From Candidatus Multivoradales bacterium (GTDB lineage Bacteria; Acidobacteriota; Thermoanaerobaculia; Multivoradales; JAHEKO01): 64,000 nucleotides of DNA. How positions within the stretch are numbered: position 1 is the first letter of the stretch; every line of letters begins with the position of its first letter. This document shows positions 19,061 to 28,186 of this stretch, piece after piece. Location of the stretch: contig CBDFIJ010000004.1 of the NCBI GenBank assembly GCA_965248055.1, forward strand, positions 2,914,925 to 2,978,924, given 5' to 3'. Below the pieces are notes generated by a model that made no database searches, was not told the DNA's origin, and saw nothing but the letters and a program-made list of their open reading frames with translations. The position numbers and the translations under genes are program-made.

Positions 19061-20215
19061 ATGCGTGAAGAAATTCGTTTTTTTCTGCCCGGACCGACCT
19101 ACGTACTCAAAGAAGTACGGCAGGCAATGACCCAAGATCTCTTGGGGCACAGGGCTCCGGCGTTTGCTGAGATTTACCACAGTTTGTCGCCGCGACTCAA
19201 GCAGGTTTTTCGCACTCAACGCGAGGTACTGACCGCGACCGGAAGTTCGACCCTGATTATGCAGTCCGCTTTGTCTTCGACGGTCCGGCGCAAGTCGTTG
19301 CATTTGACCAACGGCGCGTTCTCCGAACGCTGGCTGGCGATGGGGCAGTCCCTGGGGCTGGAGGCCGAAGAGCTGGCCTTTCCCTGGGGCCAAGCAGTGG
19401 ATCCTGACGTGCTTCGCGCGACTTTGCGCCGGGACCAGTTTGAAGCGGTGACGGTGGTTCATAACGAAACCTCCACCGGGGTGGAAAACCCATTGGCGGA
19501 AATCGCCCGGGTGGTACACGAAGAAAGCGAGGCTCTGGTTTTAGTGGACACGGTTTCGTCGATGGCAGGAGCCCAAGTCGAGACCGACGCGTGGGATCTG
19601 GACATCGTGCTTTCGGGCAGCCAGAAAGCGCTGGCGATGCCGCCAGGCCTGGTGTTTTTCACTCTCTCACAGCGCGCCGAACGACAGGCCGACACGATCG
19701 AGCACCGTGGTTTCTACACCGATATCCTGCGCTATCGCGACAAGCACGCTGCTGGGGGCACCATCACCACTCCGGCGATGTCGATCGTATTTGCCGCCGA
19801 TCGACAGCTCGACGTGATTCTGGAAGAAGGAATGGAGAACCGTTGGCAGCGGCATCGTGACCTGCGCGATCGTACCCATCAGTGGGCTGCTGTGCGTGGC
19901 ATGAACATCTCAGCGGCCGAAGGGGCGCGCTCGATGACCGTGACCTCCTTTCAACTGCGCCAGCCGGGGACGGGGCCGGATGTGGTGTCGGGTCTGAGTG
20001 CCCGTGGCTACACCGTCGGCTCGGGCTACGGTAAATGGAAGCCGGATTGCTTTCGCATCGGTCACATGTCTGAGGTACGGATGGAAGATCTCGATCAGCT
20101 GCTGATGGTGGTCGACGCAGTGATTGAAGGTGCCGTGATCGAAGGCCCAGAGATAGTAGGCGCTGAGATGGAGGGCGCAGCGATGCAAGATGCAACATCG
20201 AGGGCGCGAGCATGA
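19061..20215 (+). CDS. class V aminotransferase (AGXT/archaeal-type phosphoserine aminotransferase candidate)
   Basis: PLP-fold class V pattern ('HNETSTGV', 'SGSQKAL'); translationally coupled to serA downstream, suggesting phosphoserine aminotransferase role. Confidence 0.7.
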   Translation: MREEIRFFLPGPTYVLKEVRQAMTQDLLGHRAPAFAEIYHSLSPRLKQVFRTQREVLTATGSSTLIMQSALSSTVRRKSLHLTNGAFSERWLAMGQSLGLEAEELAFPWGQAVDPDVLRATLRRDQFEAVTVVHNETSTGVENPLAEIARVVHEESEALVLVDTVSSMAGAQVETDAWDLDIVLSGSQKALAMPPGLVFFTLSQRAERQADTIEHRGFYTDILRYRDKHAAGGTITTPAMSIVFAADRQLDVILEEGMENRWQRHRDLRDRTHQWAAVRGMNISAAEGARSMTVTSFQLRQPGTGPDVVSGLSARGYTVGSGYGKWKPDCFRIGHMSEVRMEDLDQLLMVVDAVIEGAVIEGPEIVGAEMEGAAMQDATSRARA

Positions 20216-21804
20216 GCGAAGGGATTCGCCACCGTGTCTTGCTTGCCGATCCGCTGGCCGAAGAGGGGCTTGAAGCTCTGCGCACTGCGGATCTGGACTT
20301 GGTGCAACTGCAGGATCAAGACCGGCCCCAATTGGCCGAACTACTCCAGGGCTTTGATGCCGTGGTAGTGCGCAGCCGCACCAAGCTGACTCGGGAGCAC
20401 CTGCAGCGGGCGGGCCGTCTCAAGGTGATCGCCCGGGCTGGCGTCGGCATCGACAATATCGACATCGCGGCTGCCACCGAGCGCGGGATTTTGGTGATCA
20501 ATGCGCCCACCGCCAACTTACTTTCGGCCACCGAACACACTCTTGCTTTGATCCTCGGCTTGGTGCGCAATATCGCGGCGGCGGATGCCTCGATGAAACG
20601 CGGCGCGTGGGATCGCAAGGGCTATGTCGGGATCGAACTGAAGGGCAAGACGCTAGGGGTGGTCGGTTTCGGTCGTATCGGTCAGGGGGTGGCTTCCCGA
20701 GCTCAGGCTTTTGGCATGGAGATCGTCGCTTACGATCCTTTCTTGGACGCTGCGGTTGGCGAACGGTTGGGAGTTCGCCTGGCCGAAATGGATCAAGTGC
20801 TGGAGCTGGCAGATATCGTGACCGTACACGTACCTCTCACCGACGCTACCCGCGGGTTGATCGGCAAACCACAGTTGGCTTCTATGAAGTCCGGGGCAAT
20901 GCTGGTGAACTGTGCGCGCGGAGGCATTGTCGATGAACTGGAGCTGGTCGCAGCCTTGGATTCCGGGCATTTGGCCGGGGCGGCGCTCGACGTGTTCGCG
21001 GTTGAGCCCCCCGAGTCCCCCGAACTGACCACTCACTCCAAAGTACTGACCACGCCTCACATTGGGGCCCAGACCGCTGAGGCTCAAGAGCGCATTGCCC
21101 AGCAGACCGCGGAGATGTTGCTCGCTGCTCTCGATGGTTCGTTGGCGGTGACCGCAGTGAATTTGCCATTTCGTCCGGCGGGTCCTCAAGGGGAACCGTT
21201 TTTGCGCTTGGCTGAGCGCTTAGGCAGCTTGGCTTTGGCGATGCTCAATCGACCAGTACAGCGGCTACAGGTTGATCTTTGGGGGATCGACGATGCGCTC
21301 AGGGTACCGGTGACGGTGGCGGCGCTGAAAGGCGTGTTGACGGCGATCCTGGGCGGGGCCGTCAACTATGTCAACGCCGAGAGAATCGCCAACAGTCGCG
21401 GCATTGAAGTGGTCCGCGCGACCCATAGCGAGGGCGCGGAGTATCCGCACTTGGTAGGGGTGAGCTTGGCTGGCGATGACCGGTCGGTCGATCTACGCGG
21501 CACCGTCTTGGCCGATGGTCGCCCGCGGGTGGTGGCGGTCGATGGATTCCAGCTTGAATTTCGACCCCAAGGCAAATTGTTGGTGCTCGCCAACTACGAT
21601 GTGCCGGGCGTGGTGGGCAAAATCGGCGTCTTGCTAGGTCGAGCTGGTGTCAACATTGCCGATATTCATCTGGCTCGCCGCAACGACGAGGGAGCACGGG
21701 CGGTGATCCGGGTCGATCAGACCCCTTCACCCGCAACCTTGGCTGAGTTGGCGGCGCTTGCGGAAGTACGATCGGTGGAACTGGTGGAGATGGACCTGGA
21801 ATAA
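20212..21804 (+). CDS. serA: D-3-phosphoglycerate dehydrogenase (long form with ASB and ACT domains)
   Basis: NAD-binding 'GVVGFGRIGQ', catalytic 'NCARGG', C-terminal ACT 'LVLANYDVPGVVGKIG'. Confidence 0.85.
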   Translation: MSEGIRHRVLLADPLAEEGLEALRTADLDLVQLQDQDRPQLAELLQGFDAVVVRSRTKLTREHLQRAGRLKVIARAGVGIDNIDIAAATERGILVINAPTANLLSATEHTLALILGLVRNIAAADASMKRGAWDRKGYVGIELKGKTLGVVGFGRIGQGVASRAQAFGMEIVAYDPFLDAAVGERLGVRLAEMDQVLELADIVTVHVPLTDATRGLIGKPQLASMKSGAMLVNCARGGIVDELELVAALDSGHLAGAALDVFAVEPPESPELTTHSKVLTTPHIGAQTAEAQERIAQQTAEMLLAALDGSLAVTAVNLPFRPAGPQGEPFLRLAERLGSLALAMLNRPVQRLQVDLWGIDDALRVPVTVAALKGVLTAILGGAVNYVNAERIANSRGIEVVRATHSEGAEYPHLVGVSLAGDDRSVDLRGTVLADGRPRVVAVDGFQLEFRPQGKLLVLANYDVPGVVGKIGVLLGRAGVNIADIHLARRNDEGARAVIRVDQTPSPATLAELAALAEVRSVELVEMDLE

Positions 21805-22919
21805 TGGCGCACGCGAGAGAAGCAGATCGGGCAGCGACCCAGGTTGGGGTGATTTTTGGCGGTCGCAGCGCTGAGCATCGAGTGTCGGTGCGTTCGGCGT
21901 GTAGCGTGGTCGAAGCACTGAAGCAGGCCGGTTTCACGGTCTCGTTGTTTGGCGTTGACGCTGATGGTCGTTGGGTTGATCGAGAGTCGGCTCAAAAGGC
22001 AATCTCTGGCGAAACCGAAGAAGTGGTCGGACAGGTTGGAGAAGCTGGGGTTGCTAGCTCGATCGGTCGTTTGACTGAGAACCCTCCAGATGTGGTGTTT
22101 CCTCTGGTGCATGGAACCTGGGGCGAAGACGGTACTTTGCAGGGCTTGTGTGAAATGTGCGACCTGCCCTATGTCGGTGCCGATTGCACCACCAGCGCGT
22201 TGGCGATGGACAAAAGGCTGGCCAAAGCGGTGTTGGCCGATGTCGGTATTCCGGTGGTGGAAGGGACCACGCTCAGGCAGGTCGATCTCGATGCCGACCC
22301 GGCTCTGACCTCGATTCTTGCTGGAGTCGACTCGGGGCTGTTTGTCAAACCTTCGGTGGGTGGATCCAGCGTTGGCGTCACCCGAGTGAATGATCGGAGT
22401 CACTTGGCCGATGCGGTACGCGAAGCCCTGCGGTTCGATGCCGTCGCTTTGATTGAGAGGGCAATCAACGGACGAGAGATTGAATGCGCGGTCCTCGGCT
22501 ACCGGCAAATGGAAGCCTCTTGCCTGGGCGAGATCGTTCCAGGGCATGATTTCTACGATTATTCTGACAAATACCTGGACGACACAGCGCGTCTTGAGGC
22601 TCCAGCCAAGCTGGATCCAGAGGTCGAAGAGAAAATCCGCGCGACCGCAACCGCAGCCTTTGCCGCGTTGGGCGGCAGCGGTATGGCTCGAGTCGACTTC
22701 TTGGTCGAGCCCGACGGCAATTTCTACGTCAATGAGCTCAACACAATCCCCGGCTTTACCTCGATTTCGATGTACCCCCGGCTGTGGGGATTGAGTGGTT
22801 TATCGCTGCCGGATCTGGTCGCCGAATTGGTGGACATCGCCGTGGCACGTCATCGAGATCGATCCGAATTGTCGACCGGGATTCGTTCCTGGTTAGATGA
22901 GCTAGTCGAGAGAAAATAG
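21804..22919 (+). CDS. ddl: D-alanine--D-alanine ligase
   Basis: 'VGVIFGGRSAEHRVS', ATP-grasp 'ELNTIPGFT'. Confidence 0.85.
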   Translation: MAHAREADRAATQVGVIFGGRSAEHRVSVRSACSVVEALKQAGFTVSLFGVDADGRWVDRESAQKAISGETEEVVGQVGEAGVASSIGRLTENPPDVVFPLVHGTWGEDGTLQGLCEMCDLPYVGADCTTSALAMDKRLAKAVLADVGIPVVEGTTLRQVDLDADPALTSILAGVDSGLFVKPSVGGSSVGVTRVNDRSHLADAVREALRFDAVALIERAINGREIECAVLGYRQMEASCLGEIVPGHDFYDYSDKYLDDTARLEAPAKLDPEVEEKIRATATAAFAALGGSGMARVDFLVEPDGNFYVNELNTIPGFTSISMYPRLWGLSGLSLPDLVAELVDIAVARHRDRSELSTGIRSWLDELVERK

Positions 22920-22935
22920 CTCGCTGTCAGGGCAA

Positions 22936-23829
22936 TTATTCAACTTCCGGCCTTGGACTTCCAGATTCTTCCTGCGGATCGGGGAATCGTGCTTTGGCTC
23001 GTTCGGTTGCCCGACGGATGACCGGTGCGGGCAGGATCATGCGAGTGAGAAATTGTTCCATCATCGCGGTGACGCTACCGAAACTAGCTTGGGAGGAGGT
23101 CGGTGGAGAAACTAACAGGCCGGCTGGGGTGCCGCTTTCGTCAAATACTGCCCCTTCACCATAGCTAGCGAGCAGGCCGGGCCGGGGAATTTCCATACGC
23201 CCGCCAACGATGCCGGTGACCACCATCGGTGCCCGACCGCGCATCTCGCTCATCCGGCCGAGGGTGAAGTAACGGTCGCCAACGTCCAAGGGTGACTTGT
23301 CGGGAAACTCGATATAGGTCATCGGTTCACTCGGCGGTTCGGTGAGCTTGAGCCACGCCAAATCGGCCTCGGTGTCCTTGGCGAGAACCTCGGCTTCGTA
23401 CTCCTGTTCGCGTCCACCGAGCATCACCAAAACTCGGTAGTCTGAGTAGGAAAATTCCGGTCCCTCGGAGCCGTCCTGGGGTCCGCGAAATCCGCTGGTG
23501 AAGATCGACCCCTCTAGCTCGCTGGCGGGCGCCAGGACTAAGCCGTCCGGCTCAATCACGACCCCTTGTGCCTCCATCGGTTGCTGCATTTCCTGGCCGT
23601 ATGCGGACTGGGATAAGACGTAGCGGATCGCGACCACAGCAGAGGCTTCATTCTCAACCAAAGACGAGATCACCTGTTTGACGTCTGCGCGAGCGGACCC
23701 CACCAGCGAAAGGGTCAAGAGACCCAACCCGGCCCAGGTTCGAAGGTGAAACGAGAATCTGGTGCTGCGAGGGTGGTGGGGGACAAGAGAATACATTGAG
23801 GTCTCCTTGGCGCACGAGCAACCGATCAA
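22936..23829 (-). CDS. secreted degenerate trypsin-fold protein (likely catalytically inactive HtrA paralog)
   Basis: Signal peptide; aligns to N-terminal trypsin domain of adjacent HtrA but His box 'TNAHV' replaced by 'LAPAS' and no GNSGGP Ser box. Confidence 0.45.
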   Translation of the reverse strand: MIGCSCAKETSMYSLVPHHPRSTRFSFHLRTWAGLGLLTLSLVGSARADVKQVISSLVENEASAVVAIRYVLSQSAYGQEMQQPMEAQGVVIEPDGLVLAPASELEGSIFTSGFRGPQDGSEGPEFSYSDYRVLVMLGGREQEYEAEVLAKDTEADLAWLKLTEPPSEPMTYIEFPDKSPLDVGDRYFTLGRMSEMRGRAPMVVTGIVGGRMEIPRPGLLASYGEGAVFDESGTPAGLLVSPPTSSQASFGSVTAMMEQFLTRMILPAPVIRRATERAKARFPDPQEESGSPRPEVE

Positions 23830-23853
23830 GGGTCGCTCGGCAGCGAGAAAGGC

Positions 23854-25944
23854 TTACCAGTCGGTGTCGATAAAAATGAAACGGGTCTCTACTCGGCGCA
23901 GGATGGAGAACACCACTTTTTCCGGCTTGTCCTGCTCGATGGATTCCATCGTCTGTTCGAATTCCTTGACGTTGTGGATCGGGGCTGAGTCGATTGCCAG
24001 TAACAAGTCACCACCACGCAGGTGACCGAGGCCAGCCCAGCCGCCCTCTTCGACATTGGTAACCAAGACTCCGGTGGTGTCGTTGGCCCACCGACGGTGC
24101 GCCTTGTCGAAAAAGGTCAGGTCACGCACCGAGAAATCAAAGACTCGGTTGGTGGCACGCTGTACCTCTCCTTCACTCTCCGGCGTCTCCAGCAGGGTGG
24201 TCTGGACCCGTTGCTGCTCGCCATCGCGCAGGATCTCTAGCTCGGCTGGATTGCCAGGTTCCAGGCTGCGCACTCGGCGGTTGTAGGAGTCGATATCGCT
24301 GGAGGTCCGCGGCTCGACCGGAGCGTCGTTGATGGAGAGCAAGATGTCGCCAATGCGTAGGTCAATGTCGCCCGCGGCCGGGTGGTCATAGACCCGAGCG
24401 ATACGGTAGCCATGCGCTGGTCCCAGCCCCAACGACTCGGCCAAGTCGGGCAGGATCGGTTGGACTTGCACCGGCAACCAAGCGTCCGGCAACTCAGCCG
24501 GACGACTGCGGCGACTCTCGGCCAAGTCGAGGGCCGTGACGTAGCGCGCGGCAGCTCTCTCAAAGGTAAGAATTGGGCCTTCTGGGTCTTCATCGTCTTG
24601 ATGCTCGGCGAGCCAGATTTTCAAATCTTCAACCGAATTCAGAGCGCCGCCGTTGATGCTCAAGATCAGATCTTCGTACTGTAATGCGGGCGTGGCCTCG
24701 GCCGCTGGACCGGTGGCGTCGAGGCTGGTGACCAAGACGCCCTTGTCGTCGGTTAGGCGCCGAGCCCTGGCCATCCGTGGGGTCAGATCTTCCACCGTTA
24801 GACCCCAGCCGCGAATCACCAAGCGTTCACCCCGATCGCGCTGGTAGCGCTCGCTGGTCACCTCTAGATCCAAGATTTTGCTGCCCCGCTCAATGTGTAA
24901 CGAAACTTGGTCGCCAATCGGACGAATCGACAATCCTCGGCGAAACTCCGGCATGTCCTCCGCGTGGCGTACCATGACGGGGTTTCCATCGACCGCCACG
25001 ATCAGGTCGCCAGGACGAATGCCAGCCCGATCGGCCGGGGAATCGTCAATCACCGAATTCACCAACACGCCGCGATCATGAGTGGTGGTGCGGATGGGCT
25101 TGAAGCGGAGCCCCAAGAAACTGCGCCGTACCTCGCCAAAATCGATCAGCTGCTCAACCACATCCTTAACTACGTCACTGGGGCTGGCAAAGGCCATGTC
25201 GCCACCGAAGCCGTTGCCCCGGGTATTAACGCCGATGATCTCGCCCCGCAGATTGACCAGAGGTCCGCCGGAGTTACCGGGAGAAATGGGCGCATCGTGC
25301 TGGATCCAGCGGTAGTAAGAAGCCGAAGGCTGGTCCCGGCCGAGGGAAGTTTCATAATCTGCGTCATCGTCGAACAGACTGACGAACACGCGCTTGGCAT
25401 TGTTGACCACGCCCACCGAGAGCGAGTGGGTCAGTCCCCAAGGGGCGCCGATGGCGATCACCGTGTCGCCGGGTTCCAAGATCGAAGAATCACCGAAGGT
25501 GGCGACCGGGATCGGGTCTCCTTCGAGCGCTGCCGCGTCGTATTGCAGAACCGCGATATCAGAGAGTGGGTCTTCGCCGACCAATTGAGCGTCGATCTCT
25601 CGCTTGTCGGCAAAGACCACCCGGAAACGGGTCGAATTTTCGGTGACGTGGGCGTTGGTGACGATATGGCCCTCAGCCGAGACCATGGTGCCGCTGCCGC
25701 CCGAACGCTGCAGGTTGGCGCGTCCGTTGACGTGGGTTTCTCGCACGCTCAAGATACTGACCACCGAGGGTAGGGCGTGCTGGCGAACTGTGAGAATGCC
25801 AGCCGGTCGAGTGGTCTCGACTGGATCTTGCCCCTCAATAACGGTTACTGACGCCACAATCGAAATCAAGCCAACCAACAGCACTGGCGCGAAAGGGCGT
25901 CTTATGGATCGGGATAGTGTGGATCTCAACAATTGATTTGGCAC
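23854..25944 (-). CDS. HtrA/DegP-family serine protease with four PDZ domains
   Basis: 'HIVTNAHV' (His), 'DIAVL' (Asp), 'GNSGGPLVN' (Ser); four successive PDZ-like segments in 696 aa. Confidence 0.8.
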   Translation of the reverse strand: MPNQLLRSTLSRSIRRPFAPVLLVGLISIVASVTVIEGQDPVETTRPAGILTVRQHALPSVVSILSVRETHVNGRANLQRSGGSGTMVSAEGHIVTNAHVTENSTRFRVVFADKREIDAQLVGEDPLSDIAVLQYDAAALEGDPIPVATFGDSSILEPGDTVIAIGAPWGLTHSLSVGVVNNAKRVFVSLFDDDADYETSLGRDQPSASYYRWIQHDAPISPGNSGGPLVNLRGEIIGVNTRGNGFGGDMAFASPSDVVKDVVEQLIDFGEVRRSFLGLRFKPIRTTTHDRGVLVNSVIDDSPADRAGIRPGDLIVAVDGNPVMVRHAEDMPEFRRGLSIRPIGDQVSLHIERGSKILDLEVTSERYQRDRGERLVIRGWGLTVEDLTPRMARARRLTDDKGVLVTSLDATGPAAEATPALQYEDLILSINGGALNSVEDLKIWLAEHQDDEDPEGPILTFERAAARYVTALDLAESRRSRPAELPDAWLPVQVQPILPDLAESLGLGPAHGYRIARVYDHPAAGDIDLRIGDILLSINDAPVEPRTSSDIDSYNRRVRSLEPGNPAELEILRDGEQQRVQTTLLETPESEGEVQRATNRVFDFSVRDLTFFDKAHRRWANDTTGVLVTNVEEGGWAGLGHLRGGDLLLAIDSAPIHNVKEFEQTMESIEQDKPEKVVFSILRRVETRFIFIDTDW

Positions 25945-26180
25945 GAAGTTCCCTCTTGTCCTTGAAGCAGCGAAATTATCAGTCGATCAGCGGCGCTGAA
26001 CCTGAGCACCGAACTGCAGCACCGAACCGCAGTCGGTGTTCACCGCAGCACAAAACATGCCGTGGTTGGTGGTCGAAGAATAGCAAGCCCTCGTCCTTAG
26101 GGCGCAAGTAGGCTAAATTCCCCGCTTCGGCGCTGTCACTGGGACGACGGTACCGTTTACCCCTGCGGAGGACCGATTCT

Positions 26181-27185
26181 GTGACCACTTCATTGCTAGG
26201 AAGACACTTCCTCAAGCTTCTGGATTTTAGCGCTGCGGAGATCCGAGAGTTGCTCGATTTATCCCACACCTTGAAGGCCGCCAAGATGGCGGCAACCGAA
26301 CACCCCAAATTGACCGGCAAGAACATAGCCTTGATTTTTGAGAAGTCTTCAACTCGAACACGCTGCGCGTTCGAGGTCGCGGCCTACGATCAAGGTGGAC
26401 ATGTTACTTACTTGGGGCCAACCGGATCCCAGATCGGTCATAAGGAGAGCGTCAAGGACACCGCTCGCGTCCTGGGGCGGATGTACGACGCGATCCAGTA
26501 TCGCGGCTTTCGTCAGCAGGCAGTGGAGGAACTGGCGGAATACGCTGGAGTGCCGGTATACAACGGTTTGACCGATGAGTTTCACCCGACTCAAGTGCTG
26601 GCAGATTTCTTAACCATGGAGGAGCACGCGGATCATTCGCTAGATGAAATCAGCTATGCCTACGTCGGCGACGCACGCAACAATATGGGCAACTCCCTAC
26701 TGATCGGCGGTGCGATCATGGGCATGGACGTGCGCATTTGCGGGCCGCAGGACAACCTTCCGGCTGACGAATTGGTGCAGATCGCCGAGGATCTGGCGGA
26801 GCAGTCCGGGGCACGCCTGACCCTGACCACCGATCCCCAAGAGGCGGTGGCTGGCGTCGATTTCATCTACACCGATGTCTGGGTGTCGATGGGTGAGCCT
26901 GAGTCGGTTTGGCAGCGGCGGATCGACCAGCTCAAGCCGTATCAGGTCAACGCCGCGTTGATGGCTGCCACCGGAAATTCCAACACCAAGTTTCTGCACT
27001 GCCTGCCTGCGTTTCACAATCGGGAAACCAAGGTGGGCGAAGAGATCTACCAAACGTACGGGTTGGACGGGCTGGAGGTCACCGAAGAGGTGTTCGAGTC
27101 CGGCGCCAATGTGGCGTTTGACGAGGCGGAAAACCGACTGCACACGATCAAAGCAGTGATGGTAGCGACTTTAGGGGCTTGCTGA
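26181..27185 (+). CDS. arcB: ornithine carbamoyltransferase
   Basis: '[11 protein letters not shown]' carbamoyl-P site and 'HCLPAFH' ornithine site; next to carbamate kinase, hence catabolic assignment (could be argF). Confidence 0.85.
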   Translation: MTTSLLGRHFLKLLDFSAAEIRELLDLSHTLKAAKMAATEHPKLTGKNIALIFEKSSTRTRCAFEVAAYDQGGHVTYLGPTGSQIGHKESVKDTARVLGRMYDAIQYRGFRQQAVEELAEYAGVPVYNGLTDEFHPTQVLADFLTMEEHADHSLDEISYAYVGDARNNMGNSLLIGGAIMGMDVRICGPQDNLPADELVQIAEDLAEQSGARLTLTTDPQEAVAGVDFIYTDVWVSMGEPESVWQRRIDQLKPYQVNAALMAATGNSNTKFLHCLPAFHNRETKVGEEIYQTYGLDGLEVTEEVFESGANVAFDEAENRLHTIKAVMVATLGAC

Positions 27186-28129
27186 AAATCTCTCATGGGT
27201 CGCGAGACAGTATGCGCTTGGTAGTCGCACTGGGGGGCAACGCTTTGCTTCGGCGCGGCGAGGAGATGACTGCGGGCAATCAACGGGCCAACGTGCGGGT
27301 AGCGGTGGAGTCCCTGGCCAAGATCGCGGGCGATCATGAGTTGGTGATATCTCACGGCAATGGACCGCAAGTGGGTCTGTTGGCATTACAGGCAATGGAG
27401 AGCCCCGGTGGGGTCTATCCTTTGGACATGCTCGGCGCCGAAACCGAAGGCATGATCGGTTATCTGATTGAACAGGAACTGGGAAACCTTTTGCCCTACG
27501 AACGGCCCTTGGCCAGCTTGTTGAGCATGGTGGAAGTGGATCCCAACGACCCCGCGTTTACTGTGCCAACCAAGTTCATTGGACCGATTTACAGTGAAGA
27601 CGAGAGCCTACTACTTGAGAAGGATCGCGGTTGGACCTTCAAGAAAGATGGTCAGTACTATCGCCGGGTTGTGCCATCACCTCGGCCCAAGCAGATCTTT
27701 GAAATTCGGCCGATTAAGTGGCTGCTAGAACGCGACACTGTGGTCATCTGTTTGGGGGGTGGTGGCATTCCCACCATGTATAACGAGGATCGCAAGCTGG
27801 TTGGTGTCGAGGGCGTGATCGACAAGGATCTGGCCAGTGAGCTGTTGGCGCGCGAGATCCAGGCGGATGTCCTGGTGATGGCCACCGATGTTGACGCGGT
27901 CTATCGCGATTGGGGGACACCTGAGCAAACCGCGATCGCTACCATTCACCCCGACGACTTGGATCTCGCAGATTTTCCCGTCGGATCGATGGGGCCCAAG
28001 GTCGAGGCAGCCAAAGCCTTCGCCGCCAAGACCGGTGGACGCGCGGCGATCGGTCCGCTCAACAAACTGGCCGAGTTGGTGCAAGGGACGGCGGGGACCC
28101 AGGTGGCGCAGTCTTTCCCGCGTGCTTAA
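27179..28129 (+). CDS. arcC: carbamate kinase
   Basis: '[12 protein letters not shown]' N-terminus and overall carbamate-kinase pattern; TTG start at 27179 or ATG at 27212. Confidence 0.85.
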   Translation: MLKISHGSRDSMRLVVALGGNALLRRGEEMTAGNQRANVRVAVESLAKIAGDHELVISHGNGPQVGLLALQAMESPGGVYPLDMLGAETEGMIGYLIEQELGNLLPYERPLASLLSMVEVDPNDPAFTVPTKFIGPIYSEDESLLLEKDRGWTFKKDGQYYRRVVPSPRPKQIFEIRPIKWLLERDTVVICLGGGGIPTMYNEDRKLVGVEGVIDKDLASELLAREIQADVLVMATDVDAVYRDWGTPEQTAIATIHPDDLDLADFPVGSMGPKVEAAKAFAAKTGGRAAIGPLNKLAELVQGTAGTQVAQSFPRA

Positions 28130-28186
28130 GGGACACAATGCGTGCTTACGGGACACAATAAAATTGTGTCCCGTAAATTGTGTCCC
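28121..28186. repeat. nested palindromic element (2 direct + 2 inverted copies of GGGACACAAT; inner 12-bp stem/3-nt loop hairpin 28148-28174)
   Basis: 'cgtgcttaagggacacaatg' / 'cgtgcttacgggacacaata' tandem 20-mers followed by 'attgtgtcccgtaa' + 'attgtgtccctacg'; lies exactly between convergent arcC and amidase stops. Confidence 0.55.

Noticed and set aside
25945-25975. TGGCAC motif upstream of arcB
   Set aside because: There is no TTGC element at the required 10-bp spacing, so it is not a credible sigma-54 promoter.
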